Below are positions 62,365 to 64,000 of a DNA stretch of 64,000 nt, in pieces. Origin of the DNA: Flaccisagitta enflata (lineage: Eukaryota); assembly GCA_965153355.1 (NCBI GenBank), contig OZ231126.1:16616001-16680000 (forward strand), given 5' to 3'. A model generated the notes under the pieces. It had not been told where the DNA came from. It was given only the letters and a program-made list of their open reading frames with translations, and did not search any database. Numbering within the stretch: position 1 is the first letter of the stretch; each line of letters begins with the position of its first letter. The position numbers were made by a program, and so were the translations under genes.

Positions 62365-63243
62365 TTTTTTAGATGCGTCCTCGCATCTCTATAAGAGGGT
62401 GTGTCCCCTTCATATCTCTTCATGTCTCTAACATCTCTTTTGTCTCTTTTGTCTCTTTTGTCTCTTTTGTCTCTCGTATGTCTCTTATGTCTCCTATATG
62501 TCTTTTTTATCTCTCATGTCTTTAATTTCTTATGTATCTTAGGTCTCTTATGTCTCCTATGTCTCTTATGTCTCTTTTGTCTCTTTTGTCTCTTTTGTCT
62601 CCTACATCACTTTCGTACCTATATGTCTCTTATGTCCCCTATGTCTTCTATATGTCTCTCATGTCTCTTATGTCTCTTAAGTCTCTTATGTCTCTTATGT
62701 CTCTTATGTCTCTTATGTCTCTTATGTCTCTTAGGTCTCTTAGGTCTCTTATGTCTCTTATGTCTCTTATGTCTCTTCATGTCTCTTTATGTCTCATATG
62801 TCTCCTTATGTTTCCTTATGTCTCTTCATGTCACTCCATGTCTCTTCAAGTCCCTTCATGTCTCTTCATGAGGACAAGCTGAGGGGAGGCGTGGGGGGGA
62901 TGGGGAGGCGTCGGGGGGTGGGGGGGCGTGGGGGTTATGGGGAGCCGTGGGGGATGGAGGTGTGGGGGAGTGGAGGCGTGGTGTGTGTGGGGAGGTGTGG
63001 GGGGTCAGGTAGGCGGTGGGGGGTGGGGAGGCGTGGAGGTGGGGAGGCGTAGGGGGTGGGGAGGCGTGGGGGCGATGGGGAGGGGTGGGGGTTGATGGAG
63101 GAATCAGTTCATATTTTTCTCTTACTATGTATCTTTATATTTTCATATCATTATATCCTAATATCTTTATATCTTAATAATTTCTATCATTATATCTTAC
63201 ATCTAAAGAGGACGCATCTATTGGACATCTCTTGGCCTTGTTT
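62365..63243 (+). mobile_element. HINE-like element (AGATGCGTCCTCGCATCT family) with a 9-bp (ATGTCTCTT)n satellite
   Basis: 5' palindrome AGATGCGTCCTCGCATCT; 3' GAGGACGCATCTATTGGACATCTCTTGGCCTTGTT; reversed copy at ~27290-27676. Confidence 0.7.
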
Positions 63244-64000
63244 GTTGAGAGAAATGCTCTCTCAAAGTTGATGCAAATTTTGGATGAAATGGCATTATCA
63301 GATGAAGTATATAAAAATGAAATGGAGCCAATTGATCATTGAATTCAGACGTCATTATAATTCATAACTCTAAAACAAACATGAAATTCGGCCAGTTGAA
63401 ATGTGTAAATCCCATACCCCACCTAGATCATTAAAAGAATTTGCAATTTCATGTAACACGGAAAAAAGAAGAGGGTTTAGATATAAATGATTAAAAGCCC
63501 CCCTACCAATACCTTTTATAAATGCCGGGAACTGTATTCAACAACAGCGCGGAGCATACCTGCGCCATGCATACTAAATCTAAACGCAAATTTGATGCTT
63601 CATGGTTTTCGCATAGAAACCCGAATATTACTCAACTTGCGCGGAATGTAGTCATTGCGCAAGAATAGTCTTTTTTTGTGATCTCGCTACTTTTCTTTCT
63701 TACACCTCCACGTTTTCTCGTTATTTATTTACTTATTTTCATCTTAATGCAGGCCTGCATATTATTGCGTTCCCCTCCCCCAGTGGGAGGGGGGGGAAAT
63801 CAAAGGGTCTGAAGATGGGGGGAAAAAAGGGGAAAAAAAGGGGAAAAAAAGAGAAAAAAAAAAGGAAATTTGGGGAAAATATAACTTTTTACAGTACCAA
63901 ATCATAAAACACAATTAGTATAACACAATTTTACACTATTCAAACCTTAACTACGTTGATTTATTGCCATATGGGGTTGAAAGTCATAGATATAGAAACT

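Noticed and set aside
57182-64000. Remaining RPN2 exons
   Set aside because: No match found to the expected EIxHxFRxPEKRPP or TM segments; they presumably lie beyond the window.

Overview
Repeat-rich animal genomic DNA, probably arthropod (inference from fusilli/Ets97D-like exon sequences), with a 10-N assembly gap at 16533-16542. Five spliced host genes can be read by hand: fusilli/ESRP (minus, 4 internal exons), germ cell-less (plus, last 2 exons), LRRC59 (plus, complete, 8 exons), GABPA/Ets97D (plus, apparently complete) and ribophorin II/RPN2 (plus, first 10 exons). Introns carry DINE/HINE-like non-autonomous elements with internal satellites, hAT, Tc1/mariner-pogo and Transib-like MITEs, a near-intact CR1-type LINE and a Ty3/Gypsy LTR element cut off by the gap. 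The most unusual observation is the ~1.55-kb leader of the Gypsy element. It contains two intact small ORFs that are diverged copies of the element's own domains: a 42-aa mini-Gag and a 103-aa RNase H-like protein lacking catalytic residues. Both lie between candidate splice sites that would remove them to expose the Gag AUG, so this is a candidate self-regulatory decoy-protein module. All family assignments come from motif recognition by eye; no searches were run.
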